From: the human T2T-CHM13v2.0 reference genome, Homo sapiens | Strand: one strand, 5' to 3' | Length of the DNA stretch: 64,000 nt | Assembly: GCF_009914755.1 (NCBI RefSeq) | Contig: NC_060941.1 | Shown: one piece after another, positions 19,396 through 35,682 of the stretch | Position numbering within the stretch: the stretch's first letter is position 1 | Layout of the letters: each line of letters starts with the position of its first letter | Notes under the pieces: generated by a model | Database searches by the model: none | What the model was told of the DNA's origin: nothing | Seen by the model: only the letters and a program-made list of their open reading frames with translations | Position numbers and translations under genes: made by a program

Positions 19396-21255
19396 CTAAA
19401 ACCAAACATTTACACTTCAGAAACTCAGCCTCTCACAATGGCCTTCGAAATTCAACATGCTCCAGACAATAGAGACCAGAAGAAACAGTCAAAGAACCTA
19501 TAAGCTACTCTGCAGTGGTAATCCAGCAACCACCTAGTTACTCTAAGAGCTCACAATACAAAGCATTGAAAAATCACTGTGCAGACACAAAACTTTTGCA
19601 ACTAAGTTGCTGACAGTGATCTTGCTTTTAAACAGCTGACTAAACTACACACTATCCTGGTTCATAAGGGACAGACCAGCTGATGAAATCAGTTTGCATT
19701 AGTCTGTCAGCGCTGAAACCAAGTTTAAATAACTTACTTAAAAAAACCACTCCAGATTTAAGTATTTAATAGTACCTTACTGCAGCAATACACACATACA
19801 CACTCACATACATGCAATAACACAATCATCTATTTGTCTATTATCCAGAAGAAAAGCATCATGTCTTTCTATCAGAAAACTCAGATTGAGGAAGGGGCTG
19901 TTGCTAAGTGATGAAAGAAATCTAGTTCTCTAAATACATTTGCTAGTCGTTAACGTTAAGTTTTCACTTGACTCTACTAAAAGGTTTGGTTGAAACAAAA
20001 TCTGCTATGAAGCAACCTGGAAGGCATCTGTGAAGGCAGCCCATAGCAAACACCTGTCAGTTGTTTCTCAGGTCATTTAATTGTATACTGAAGTCTGCAT
20101 CTTTCAGCAACACTATCTGTTCAAATCCCAAACTCTCAAAGACAGACTAATGAGAAAAACAAACTATAAACACTTAAATTCCTTTCATATTCATCTTCTT
20201 CCAGCAGTTGTAGGTTTCAATAAAGTATTAGACATTTGCTCTTATGATGTGCTTCTCCACTCCCAAAACTGGAGGCTGCACACTGGAAATTCTTTTAGCC
20301 GCAATGAAACCAAAATTTCACCATGGATCAGGTTCTTGACATTTATGAGTAGTTACTCTCTTGGTTCTGATACTTTCAAAATTCTCCATACTGATAAACA
20401 TTTAGGAAATGATGGAAAAAATTCCTGAAATAGTTCTTCCTAATACGTTGTTCTTTACCAACATTATTTTTGAAACTCTTGACAGTGAGCCCAAGCCCCT
20501 ATGCTTGAGTTTTGTAATCCTAATAAGATGCATGCACTCAAGAGGAGTTTCAAATATTTTAAGCATACAATGTCCTACTAGGGGCCCATCCCATCATTTT
20601 AGACACTTTAGACGGTTACTTACCCTTCTTACTCTATAACCACAAGTCCCACAGCTAACTTAAGGACAAAAAAACAAAGAGAAACACACACACACTCACA
20701 GCTCCTCCTCTGATGGGTAAGAACATCTACCACACATTGCTTCTATGTTTACTTGATGGCAGCATAACAGTTAAGCCTGGAACTAGTCTCCCCCAAACGA
20801 TTAGGAGGTGTGGTATCCAGAGTTCTCAGTTTCAATTTAATAATTTTGATGTAATCACCCTTTGAGTCCTGGAAGCATTCTCAGAAATTATGTGGTTACT
20901 TATGAGTCTCTTTCTGGACTTAACTGCTCCTAGCAAATTACAGTCCGCTTTTAATCTAATTTGTGAAGCTCCTGTAAATGTAAGGGTCTATCTACCCAGG
21001 TGACATCAGCAGAAACTTTACAGAATTTGGACTCCAGTTGTAACCCCTTTTCCAACCTGGCTGTAGGATACTCGTTTCCATACAGTATACAAATAGTTAA
21101 TAGCTGAAGATAGCTGAAGATATACAATTTCAAAGGCTAACAGATCAGATAATAGGGAATGCAGATCTTCTGGACAAAGTTCAGACTTATAGCATTTAGA
21201 GGCATTTTTCAACTCTAAACAACCATTAGTACGATGGAGTACTAAAAGCACTTAC

Positions 21256-21377
21256 TGCCATTTTACCAATTCAGATGTCTGTGGCAACATAAAGTATTTT
21301 TACAGCATTGCTGAAGCTCACTCTCACAGGAGGGTCACACCAGGTCCCTGCTTCTTGGGTGAAATGCTGCAGAACCA
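21256..21377 (-). other. VEZF1: Candidate alternative exon in VEZF1 intron 1 ending ATG GCA|gtaagt
   Basis: Consensus donor at 21255; AG acceptors before 21377 and 21366; the ATG is in frame with exon 2 (512-aa product). Confidence 0.6.
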
Positions 21378-23807
21378 CTACAGGAATCACTCTCTGAGGA
21401 TTCCTAGGATCCCCACACTTCTACAAGAAGCCTTCTAAGGGGGAACTGGGTTTTCCCAACTTCTTCTCTGGGGGAGAGACAGAGTAAAATAACAACCACG
21501 GCCAGCCTTCAGTTAAGTGATTTATTTTAAAAATATAACTTCTGGGTAGGCTTTTATTTGACTAGCATCATCAAACCAAAGTTTTAATTTTATATCCCAT
21601 CTCTTTCAACTGCAAGGCTTTTTAACCCTGCCCAAGCTTTCCTTTTCCTGGGGCTGGCAAGAAACAAAACAGAAATGTTATTTCATCACCCAGGGTAGTA
21701 GGATATGGCACCATGAAATCTCCAGTGCCAGAGGGTAAAAGATTTTGTACTGAACAAATTAACATCGGTGAGTCACATCTTGAATGTCCTGTTAGAAGAA
21801 TCATCCATCAAACATTTTAATAGCTATAGCTTTCACTTTCCACCAAGTTATCTGGAAAGCAAGCAGGTATTAAATTGTTTCAAAATATAAATTCAACAGG
21901 ATGCTCCAGGAAACAAACAAGATAATTTAACTCCATATCCCCAGTGAAAATTACTTAAAACCAGAACTGATTAAGTCTATTCATACCTTTCCATAGAAAA
22001 GACTGAAATATTCTCTTTACCCATTCAACTGCTCTCGGCTCTAAATTTTAAGTTTTCCAACAAATTTCACTGCACACATTGCCAAGCCCAGGATTAAATA
22101 TTTGTTTTCACACTTCTCCATCAGGTGGAAAAAAAGATTTTAATAGCTGAAAAAAATTAAATAATATAAAATCTAATTAAAAAGTTGATCAATAAACGCT
22201 TGGCATTTGTTTTACCCAGGAGAAAAATAATCTTTAAAAAAGTATTTCAAAAGATTTTTCAACCAGCTTTCCAAAGATGTGTTATGGGTTTTTCCTTTAC
22301 ATGAAGAACACTTTTTTTTTTCAATCTCTATAGACACCATGCTTAATATGGTTTTTAATCACACGAAAATCACTTCAGTGGCACATCAATCCCATATTTT
22401 AAAATAACCATTTGAGCTTTTTTCTGGGGAAAGTATTTGCCACCTTTACACCAACCTGGATGCATGCTAGTTATATATCATTTCTTTTCCAATGCATTTT
22501 CAAGTTGGTTTATCACATTATTAGCAAGCTCATCAAAGTACAATAAAACAACACTGATCAGAATGAGAAAAGGGGGAAGTTCATGAATTCCATAATGTTG
22601 GGTATTTTAGATTTTAAGAAGCCCAAATATATTTCCATAACTACTTAAAGATCAAATTGCCCACATTTGAAAAAATATGTCTTAAAACAACAGGCCAGTC
22701 TACACAGTAGGTAATTTCTGAGTTATCCAATTCTCTATATTAACTCCACTAGGATGAATCCAGTGGCTGGGAGAATAATTTTTTGAAAATTCTGCATCCG
22801 TTCCTGTTAGTTTCAAAAGGTATCAAGCGCCCCAGCTACGCGTTTGGGATTTCACGAAGTATTCAAAGGAAAATAACTCAGAGAGGCGGGAAGAACGCAC
22901 TTAAAAGTGACGAGCTTCCTAACCTCCTCCAGTTCCGAAGTTTCCCCGTGAGCTCATCGCTACTGCCCACTGAATGCTTCGTTTTGCAAACAGAAACGAA
23001 GTAGGAAAAAAATAAGTTCCAGCCTAGATCTGCCAAACAGGGGTCCCCCATCTAAAGTGGGCGGGCAAGAGAATTGCCAAAACACATCGGCTACAGTCAC
23101 TTTCAAGTTTCTTGCAAAAAAGCGAAGACCAACATCCCAGAGAGTGACTCATCTGGGGGCTTTGTAAGCGGACTTTGTTTGCTCTCTCCACTTGGTTGGA
23201 GGAAACGTTCGAGGTGGGCGAGAAAGAAAAGCGCTTCGGGAGAAGGTCGGGCCTCCAGGAGTCCCGGCCCCCACCGCTCCCCGCCTGCCCCGGGCCGGCC
23301 CGGCTGGGGGATTCCCCAGGCTGAATGGGACGGCGGGAGAGCTGGACAGAGGGAGAAGGTGTCAGCTGCCAAGGCTCGGCTGAGACTTGGGAAAAAAAAA
23401 TGTAAATCCAGTGAAAAAGTTTGGGGAGGGGATACACACTCACAACATCCGCCCCCCCAACTGGGTAAACACGAGAGGGGTGGTGGCGGTGAGGGGGAGT
23501 GGCGGGGAACCTGGGGATACCCGCTATTCGCGGGGACACGGGAGGGGGTCAGAAAGTCAACACACGCACGCACACACACAAAAAGACGAGGAAGGTGAAA
23601 AGAGAACAAGCGAAAGATGGATGAAGTGGCGGGGAGGAGACTCAGGGCAGGACCTGGGGACCTCCTCACCCCACCGTGGGGGACCGGGCCGGCACGCAAT
23701 GGCCCAGCAGCCCGCGCTATCCAGCGGCCCGGCGCCCTCCTTTCTCTGGGCCGCGGGGTGGTGACAGCGACCGGCCTCCTCCCTTCCCCTTCAGAGCGAG
23801 AGGGAAG

Positions 23808-23840
23808 GGTGTGTGTGAGTGTGTGTGTGTGCGTGTGTGT
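23808..23840. repeat. Interrupted (GT)n microsatellite
   Basis: gtgtgtgtgagtgtgtgtgtgtgcgtgtgtgt. Confidence 0.85.
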
Positions 23841-24080
23841 GCTGGGGGGCCCCCGGGTTCACCCCGCGGCCTGCTATCTCCCCCGCACCCCGTGAGGCCG
23901 CCTCCTTTCACCTCAGCAGCCCCGCTTCGCCGGGGCGGGCGGGCGGAAAAACAAAGGGGGATTAAGGCCGGGCCGGAGAGCGGAGCCGGGAGGGAGGGGA
24001 GGAGGAGCGCCCGCCCGCCCGCCAGCCCGGGGCCCGGCCCCCCTGTCCCCCCCGTGCCCCCCCGGGGGGGCCCCCAGTAC

Positions 24081-24113
24081 CTGGAACAGGAACGCGGTCC
24101 AGTTGGCCTCCAT
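24081..24113 (-). CDS. VEZF1: VEZF1 coding exon 1 (MEANWTAFLFQ)
   Basis: GCAGCC-ATG-G at 24113; 33 nt, then CAG|GTACTG donor; phase 0. Confidence 0.97.
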
Positions 24114-25039
24114 GGCTGCGGCGGCCGACCCCCCTCCTCCCCACTCCCCCCGCTCGGGGAGCCTCCTCAGCCGGAGGAGGCGACAACAAAGCGGCGGCGG
24201 CGGCGGCGGCAACGGCAGCGGCGGCTCCTCAACATGGCAGCGCCGAGCGCGGCCACTTCCGGTAACCTCCGGGACGCACCACCGCGGCGGCGAGCGCGGG
24301 CGGGGGGGGAGCCCCGGCCCGGCCGCCGCCGCCCCCAGTCGCCCGGACCCCCTCTGGGCGTCCCCGCTGCCGGCTCGCCGCCTCGGAGCTCAGCCAGTGC
24401 CCGCTGGCGGTGGGGTCAGGGCCCCCGCGGGGGGGCTGGGGTGGGGCCCGGGGCGGGGATGGGGCGCGGCGTCCCCCCCCGCGGGGGTGTGTGGTGCTGC
24501 GGTCCGTGGCTCAGGCAGCTGGAGCAGGGGGAGCTCAGGAGAGAAGATGGAGGACGCCAGGGTCTGGCGCTGGCCCGCTGGGCACAGCTGGGCCGTCTCC
24601 CGTGACTCAGACACGGTGTCCAGCACCGTCGCGTCCCTGTTAGACCCTCAGCGGAGGGCACAGGCCACGGCGGACACTCGGCTCTTCAGTCGCTCATGCA
24701 CAGCATGGTCCCCACCTCCAAACTGGGGGAAGCCCTTTCGACTTCGAGCCTCTCTTCCTTTTGGCATTTCCTCCCCGGCCGGCTAAGCCCTCTGCGCTCT
24801 CGCTATGATATGCATCTCATGGCGAGATGGCCTTCCAACTCAAGCAGGGAATCCCACTGGGGTGCAGCCTCAGATCCTCTCAGTGTGGAGGGAAACACTT
24901 CCCACGCGTAGAGATGTCATTACTGGGTTATTCTTGGGTGAAGGGCTGAGCCTCCCCATCCTCCCCTTCACTCCAAGATAGGATGTGAAATTCTATCCCA
25001 ACACCCCTCCTCTCCCGCCAAAAATAAAAACAAGTGAGA

Positions 25040-25798
25040 TAGTATAGACAAATTATTTTAGTCCTTTAGTACAGTCTGTTTCCTCCTTCACCCCCAGAAC
25101 AAAAATCGAACTTCTGGTTGGACAGCGTCAGATGTCACTGAGGTGACCCCAGCCTGTTTGCAGTTCCAAGTCTTCCGTGTAGGCGTCACTGCTACTGGAA
25201 CTTTGTAGATGAGGAGCCTGTATGATGATGTCCTGAACATTTCTATCCTTTCCTCACACAGAGGGAAGCTACTGGGAATATCAGAGACAAGCTATTATTA
25301 AACAAGTGTCTCTAGTCCAAGACATCTCCTGTGGCAGGGAAATGAGGGGGCAGGCTGTATCAGTGATATTTTTATAAACTCTGGTTTTAGAAAAAATTCT
25401 TCAGATGGACGCATTATTTTAAGACTTTAACATTTTCCAAAACCAACTGAATCTTATCCCCTCCATTTATCCCCCTCCAGACACTTCTAATCAAGGTCAC
25501 CATCTCCAACTTCCCCCATAGACAATAAAAATATGGCTGGAGAATTCTACTGTAATAGAAAACCAAGGAGATATAGTAATTTGACAGTGTGTTTCCTTTC
25601 CATCCACTAGACAAGAATACCCCCTCCCATTCTTTCCTCCCCTCAGTCACCAGAATGAAGGGGCTGGAAAACGTTGGTCTGGTTCCTTTTAGAGCTGATT
25701 CCCCATTGGATACTGCCTGGAGGCCTTGGGGATGAATGAGAAGTTCTGCAGTTTGGATCAGTAGCAGAAGCAGGTAACACATCAGGGAACCGGTCAGC
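25040..25798 (-). ncRNA. Candidate terminal exon of an SRSF1-extended / intergenic transcript
   Basis: Very strong acceptor (ctctttcatcattttctgtcccctcctatcttAG at 25800); variant poly(A) signal ACTAAA twice at 25057-25070. Confidence 0.45.
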
Positions 25799-28700
25799 CT
25801 AAGATAGGAGGGGACAGAAAATGATGAAAGAGTTTCTGATACATTTATCAGCTAAATTGCTATGGTCACCCCCATGTCTCCTGTAATGTCCAAACCTAAG
25901 GAATTAACTAAGTAAACTAAAACCTTTGTGTTCTTGCTCTGACCTTGGACAATGGAATTCTTCTTATTTTCATTCAGTGGATAGCAAATCTGCTTCTTCC
26001 CTGCCTTAACTCACTCAAGGTCTCTGTGATGCACTCCAGAGTTTTCCTCCTTCCCTGCATAGTCTTCTCCTCCCTAGCTGCCTTTCAAATTGGTGAAAAT
26101 GAAGCTTCAGGATTATGAAAACTAGTACTTAATGAAGACCATTATTCTAATGACAATATCGCTGGACTCTTGAACTTGTTATGCTGGGATCTAGAAACCC
26201 TTTCCCCAGCAATCTTTCACACAGCACCTCTGGGAAGCGGTTTCCCACTAACAGGAAATAGAGGTCAAGTGGAAACAGTCCAGTTCTCATTACTGAAAAG
26301 CTAAGATTCAGAAGAATCACTTTTCTTGAGGAAAATGGCTAATTCTATTTCTATCCATAAGACAAAATCAGAATTGATTGCTCCTCAAACATTCTTTAAA
26401 AAAAAATTAACCTTTTAAGTTCATGTAAATTTTAAACACTGAGCTATTTTCCAGAAGGAAAATACTCAGAAGTTTGAAACAAGTACTCAAAAACAATCGG
26501 TTCCAACTGTTAGAGGAATATAATGAAACCAGTATGATCAAATGCTCCATCCTTACCTAGAAGGGGCTATTTCTACTTTTAGGACAGAAAATTTCTCTAA
26601 CCAAACAAAAAGGAGCTCTCTCCTTAAGTGAGCTTCCACAGACTATATACTGGGGTCCAGTCAAAAGACAGATGTCCAAAGACAGCAAATTCATCTAGAT
26701 TATTGTAAACAATTTTCGGTGAGTGAGTAAATGGTATTACCTTCAGCCATGATGAATAAAGCATCTAAGCCAAAAATACAATGTGCCTACATCTACCCAA
26801 ACAAAAGTCAGATCCCCAACTTGCCCTGTTCAGGTTCCTCTCTCCTCCTCCCACACTCCAAGTTGTATAACCTGTCACCTAACCTTTTAGGGTCTCAGCT
26901 TCCTCATCTGGAAAATTAGAACAAAATATCTACCTCACAATGGTCACCTGTGGATTTAATGAGAAATATGTGTAAGATGCTTAGAACATTTTCCAGATAT
27001 ATAACAGATGTGAAATAAATATTTTTATTGGTGTTATCGAGTGGTTCTAGATTAACTTTGGGGCTTGGAACTCTGCACATAAGCTCTGAGCCAGTTAATT
27101 ATCCCTTTTACTTTCGCCAAGTGACAGGTTTTCTCCCATCCATTTCTCCTTCAAAGAGCCCTAAGGTAAACGGGCAAAGGGCTAATGACACATAACAAAG
27201 GAAGATGCCTATTAAAATCTGTTGTTCTAAACACAACTTTTAGTAAACATTAGAAAGCAACAGGATATTTCCTTCCTCATTTGGAGAGAATTTTAAAGTC
27301 CTGTGAATACATTGAGGATGTGGATTACAGACTTAGAATCCTAGGAAAAGAAAGTATCTCTGCCGTTGTCAATTACCTGTCCCCAGCTAAGACTGCTCCA
27401 CAAACTAAAAACAAATCCAAAACTTTCAGTAGGGAATATCTAGTTAGAAGCTTCAAATTGGCAAGTTAATGGACCAACTCTTTATGCAAAAAAGCCAGAA
27501 CTGACAATTAACAAATTTAATAGTAAAAATCAAGATTGCAATATTTAGAAATACCAAAAAGTATTGGCCAGAAAGAAATAACCCTTCCATATCAGCCTCA
27601 ATACAATCAGGAGAAAAAGCAACATATTTTCAAAGTGACACCCCCCCCATCCCCCCTTAAATACTCCAAACTCCTCAGGGAGGAAAGCAGAGGTTATCTC
27701 CTCACTGCCTGAACTGGATAAGCACACTAAGGGCTTTGAAGCCATTTGCCTTTTGCCTTTGACCCATGTGGTCAGAAGTCAGGTTTGTGTTTCAATTCTA
27801 CCACCTGAAGTGTCACCAGGAGTTATTTAACTGGCAAGGTGAGGAAAGGGAAACAAGAATTCTTTTTCCTGAATACCCATTTAAGTTCCTTGACAACTGG
27901 AACAAAGTCATAGAGAGCAAAGGGACAATGTAACAAATCTACCCATTTTCCTAGTAGACACTGAATTCAGCTGGTAGTCGAGGGCTTTTAATTAAAACAT
28001 TTTATTGTTTCTAAGAATGTTCACACAATCCAAGACTTCAAAAATGAGTCTAAAGCCATGGAAACACATTTATCACCTTCATGCTTGTTGAAGGACACCA
28101 GCAAAAATCAATGCTAAACCTATCAGCTTCATCCATTAAAGCATTTGCATAGAGAAACTAACTTCCATTTTACAACTCTTTAATGACAGGGAGAATATCC
28201 AACAAATCGCAAGTAAAATAGCATAGACCACAAGGAAAGAAACTAAGACAAGTCAAAAATACACCAAGTAAGAAATTCAATACAACTGGAAAACATACTC
28301 ATAGGCACCAACATTCCTCCTTTGGACACCTGTTCCTTACTGCCCTCAGATGCCCCAGGACAGGGTAATGGCTGAGCATGGAAAAAGTAGGTAATGGGTC
28401 ACACAAACTTGGTGGTCCTGCACCAAACTACAAAGATTAGCTCAATTATAGCATTGTGCTAACAGTAAAAGTAGTAAAAAATAAAAAATTAAAAAAAATA
28501 AAAAAATAAACTAAATTCCTACACAAAGTTTCTCGAGTACAGAGGTGAATGTCTTCTCCTCGGCTACAGCCTCCACCCCAAATACAACCCACCAGTTAAG
28601 AGGGATAACACTAAACAATGCTGTTTAGTGTCATGTGCACCCATCTACATGACCAGAAAAATACTGTTCATATGCAAAAAAATTTACTAATTGTTAATGC

Positions 28701-29111
28701 CTGGCCAGATGTTCTTGTGAAGAGCAAGGCAGGGGAAAAACATGTTATCAAGTGAATACTCTATCCAAACTCCAAGAGAAACATCTCCAGTTTTTCTTCA
28801 GAGTCAATTTGATCTTCAACTGAGGGTCCCTCCATTCTTGGCAGTGAGAGGAACAGTGAATAATGAAAACAGGTGTTCAGAAACCTATGCAGTATACTCC
28901 CTGGGTAAGGAAGGTGAGCAGCAGTGACCTAAGACACTGACATGACCTCATGACTAGCAAGACCAAACTTTGAGAAAGCTGCTCCATTCCAGAAATCAAT
29001 GCTAACAGATGGCAACACAAGGCCTAGATAAGATCTGGCTTAGGCTCCAGAAAAGGGAATTAACTTTTTAAAGGATGTTTCTTGACCTTGAGAAGTAGAA
29101 AGTGCCTAAAG

Positions 29112-29417
<306 letters not shown>

Positions 29418-29552
29418 CTACATTCAGTCATCTGGTCCAGGCATAAAAGCAGGTGAAGGGGCCTGCTGCGCTGGTTATTAAAAGCTCTACACATGGACAA
29501 CAGCTGTACTCAGCATCTACTCTTTAAGCTGTGAATAACACATCAAGCTTAC

Positions 29553-29650
29553 CTGCTGCTGTCCACAAATACTACTTGAAGCACTTCACCCTTGGTTGCC
29601 TGAGTAGTGGCAGAAAGCTCTCTGCTAGGCCTGAGGGAAGACCAGAATTC
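29553..29650 (-). other. Candidate internal exon (98 nt)
   Basis: tctatcctgtcctctAG acceptor, CAG|gtaagc donor. Confidence 0.4.
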
Positions 29651-29851
29651 CTAGAGGACAGGATAGATTTTGACCTGATGAACAATTATTAAGGTACACA
29701 GGGAAGAATCTAGATTTTTTTCCTTTGAAGTACCTTTGGTCTCTAACAAAGCACACAAGGCTCTATTCAACTAGCTGACAGAAGTTAATTAGCCCTCTAC
29801 CCCAAGGGCCTGACCCTGCCCTCTGCTAGCTTTTTGTTTTACTGACCTTAC

Positions 29852-30047
29852 CTCCTCAACTTCACCTCCCTCCTCCAGCTGTTTCCTCGTATTTCTGCAG
29901 CTTCCTCTTTCTTCCCACCTCTCCTTTCACTTTCTCCCCTTTCATTCAGAAATGAATGCTCAGAGAGCAGATGGCAAGTAGTCAACCCAAGCCAGTGAAA
30001 ACACTTCCTGAGCACCTGGTACAAAGACCAGAAACACACTGTGGCTG
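29852..30047 (-). other. Candidate purine-rich internal exon (~196 nt)
   Basis: tattctgtattccAG(CAG) acceptor, GAG|gtaagg donor; 3' half rich in GAA/GGA. Confidence 0.4.
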
Positions 30048-31861
30048 CTGGAATACAGAATACACGTTATCCCTGTCTTTTAGCAGTTCATACTTTAAAG
30101 GAGAAAGGCATCATATACTTATTCCTCACATATGAAAAGATATTTTCAGGCCAATTTATTTATAATATGGGACAAAATGATTGTTTACATCAGAACTGAT
30201 AACTTTTACTACTACAGTAATTTTTCCGTGGCCTCCTACATAGCACATCTAGTGAAACTGATTCTGAAGCCTGATGAAGCCCCATGTATGTTCTATACAC
30301 TTTAGCTGAGGTGTTAACTCTAATCAGTTAAGAAAAGCACATGAAGAGTCCAAGTTGGTACTACAATGTGTGATTAGTCTTCTCCCGAGAGAACTGAGAA
30401 AATTCAGGTAAACTTGACTATTAGAGGGTAGGTTTGGAGTTTGTTCCAGTGATCTCCTTAAAAATGGCTTAGGAGTTTGAGATAAAACTCCTGTGGGAAA
30501 CAAGGAGAAAGGGATGGGGCACAAATCCACATCTCAAATCAGTAGGTTACTCTTTAGCTGTTTCTCCCAGTGGCTTGAAGAGCCCTGGTAAACACCCAGT
30601 ACTCGATATATCAAATGGACAGCACTCAGAGACAGCTCAGATACAGCCCCACGTTCAGGCTGTGGTGAGAATTCCAACCCAGAAAGATGTAGTGAAGATT
30701 TCCAAAGGCCAGCCAGGACACCCCAGGGACTAACTTCCCAGTTCATAATTTTAATCATCTTGAATACAAAACAAAGACCTCTCTAATGTGGACTCTCCTT
30801 AGAAAAATGGCTTGTGTTTAGAATTATCCCAGAACTATTATGGAAGCATGAGTATTTCAGTAAAATAATTACTGAGCACCTACTAAATGCCAGGAGCTGT
30901 ACTGTCACTGGGGATACTTCTAAGAATCTTCTCTACTGAAGAAACCAAGCCTTGCAAAGAAATAATTATAAAACAGTTACAGACATTTGTACAAAGTGCG
31001 TAACGAGCACTGGGAAAGGAAATTTTTAAAGGGCTATTTGCTCATTTGTTTTCATATAAGTGATAGTTTTGACACTGTAGATTACCAACTAGGGTTGCTG
31101 AATACAAAAACTGATACCTAAGAGATAGTATGTGTAGGCTAAGTGTAATGCAAACATTTTTATTGGAAACTGGAAGTTACCACACATTGGCTTTTAAAAC
31201 TTAAAATTCCTAGAGTGGTTCATTTTTGTGGATCTGTTACTAATACAAATTTAAGTGTATACTCAGCTATCAACACAAATGCAGATGTTTTAAACATTTA
31301 CCCTTTCACAGGTTCTTTTCTATGATTTTTTTGTGGGGCTGCTGTGTAGTTATTGAGTGGCTAGCCAGGCCCCAGCCACTGTGTGACCAGCTGTCCTCCT
31401 GTGGGGCCAGCCTCAATAGTAGGGGTCAAAAGAGGGCCAGGGCTTCTCTGAGAGAGCTGGCTGTGCACTGCACACTGGAAAGCCAAGGAGCTAGGCATCC
31501 CTCTTTCTTGCTGCCAGGCTCTGGAACATGGCCACTGTGACTAGATGTAGTCCTACTCTAGAACAACCCTCAGCACACAGGGTAAGAACATGGATCAAAG
31601 ACAGCACCATGGGACACCCTGCTGGCATCTGGTAGATATTACAGGTGTTTCTCACTTGGGTCAGACTTTTCTCCCCGAGGCCTCCCAACTGGAAAAAGCA
31701 GGCTGGCTTTAAAAAGCAACGTGATAGTAAAACAAGAATTTCTCACCACAAGATCTGGATTCAAGTTCTGGGCCTGCCCCTTTAACATCTCTGGGCCTAT
31801 TTCTTCAAACTGCAAAATGAAACTAAATACTACGTGAGAATTAAAATGAGCCACAGTATCA

Positions 31862-34303
<2,442 letters not shown>

Positions 34304-35682
34304 TCACCCAGCACTTCCCAGTCCTATCTAAAGGTTATACCTTCCCTTTTGCTTGACTGATCCTATAATCTTATGTATTAAGCCTTAATAATTGTTGAAA
34401 GCTTATCCCAAAATGACATATAAAGACTCCTCCTCTAATACACAGCACCTGAGGGAACAATTCTACCATGGTTTTTCTTAGCACTTTACAATCTCCAGGT
34501 TTAGCACTTTTCTTTCTACAAGGAGAATTCTGAATTTTCATTTGCCTAATTTGTGGCTTCAGAGTGCATCTTCAAAAGTTATTTAAAAATTATCAAAGGG
34601 ACACCAGAGCTAACATTTACAGGATTAAAGACAGGCTTCAATCTAGTTAGTGCCCTTTCAGCTGTCAATCCAATTTGCAGCAAGACTACTAGTTAACAGT
34701 AACTACCTTCTGTAGCTTTCCTTGCTACTTAGTGTTACCTTAGCAGGCAGGGAAATCTCTACTGTGTAAACTTGATTACTTTTCCCCCCACAAGAAGTCC
34801 ACTTTGTCCACTTTTAGTGCTTTATTCTTTGAAACAGACTGATTTTCTAAAATTAACATTTTAAGGCCAGTTGTCCCACACCTGTCTTCTGGATGACTAA
34901 ATCCCATCATATGGGCCTAAAAGGTTTAGTATTCTCAATGACAATTTATACTGTAAACAGGAGACAAGTTTGTGTCCTTTCCATTTTTTATAAAAGAAAC
35001 CTGGGGAGAAAGCGGTGATGGGAATGACAGATACTAAAAGTGTTAAATTTTCAGTAATTTTCAGCTGTTAATATGGCATTAACTACTGTGTCTACTGACT
35101 TTTTGATCACAAGACAACCTGCTACTTAAGTGAGGCCTAGAAAATAGAAAACAGCTAAGCTGACACATAAGTAGGATTTTAAGACAAACTTTAAGAACCT
35201 CTTAGTAATACTGAGAAGATCATCACACCTGAAACTGTCACTCCATAAAAGCAAACTGCAGGTCTCTAAAAGCATATTCATTTCTTCTAGTTCATAACCA
35301 AATTGTTATGTCTAGTTTTCCCCAGCACACCTAACTCCTGTTCCCAATTCTCACATTCATGGCCTTATTATTCCATACCTGATGTACAAGGTAGGCAGAA
35401 AAACAAGCAGACTTATGTCTTCAGTATTTTCTTAGTCCCAGAACCTAGATTTGTTACAAAATGAGTGCCTGTAAGGTAAACTCTGAAAACCTAAATGGAT
35501 GCAAAAGCTGAAAAGGGGAAGAATTTTACACAAAAGATGGGAAGACAAAGGTAAAGTTGCAAGAAAACTTACCCAAACCATCTAACTTTAGAGCTGATAC
35601 AGAGGATCAAGGTAGTTAGCTGGTCTCTACTTTGTTCTATGTATCTATAATGGGGATTATTTCCTGCTTAATTTTGTGTTAT

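Larger units (their letters stand above)
23150..24820. promoter_or_regulatory. VEZF1: VEZF1 CpG-island promoter / exon 1 / start of intron 1
   Basis: Very high GC and CpG; ETS/GABPA motif ACTTCCGG 24255-24262; YY1-like AACATGGC ~24231; GC boxes; (GGC)n at 24191-24210; G/C runs. Confidence 0.92.

Noticed and set aside
23676-24605. 309-aa and other long ORFs (both strands) over the VEZF1 CpG island
   Set aside because: Stop-codon scarcity in very GC-rich DNA; low-complexity P/G/R/A translations; several start at non-ATG codons
25414-25782. 122-aa ATG ORF in the candidate terminal exon
   Set aside because: Weak Kozak context, no domain, composition typical of random AT-rich sequence; the exon is kept as a finding but not this ORF as a gene
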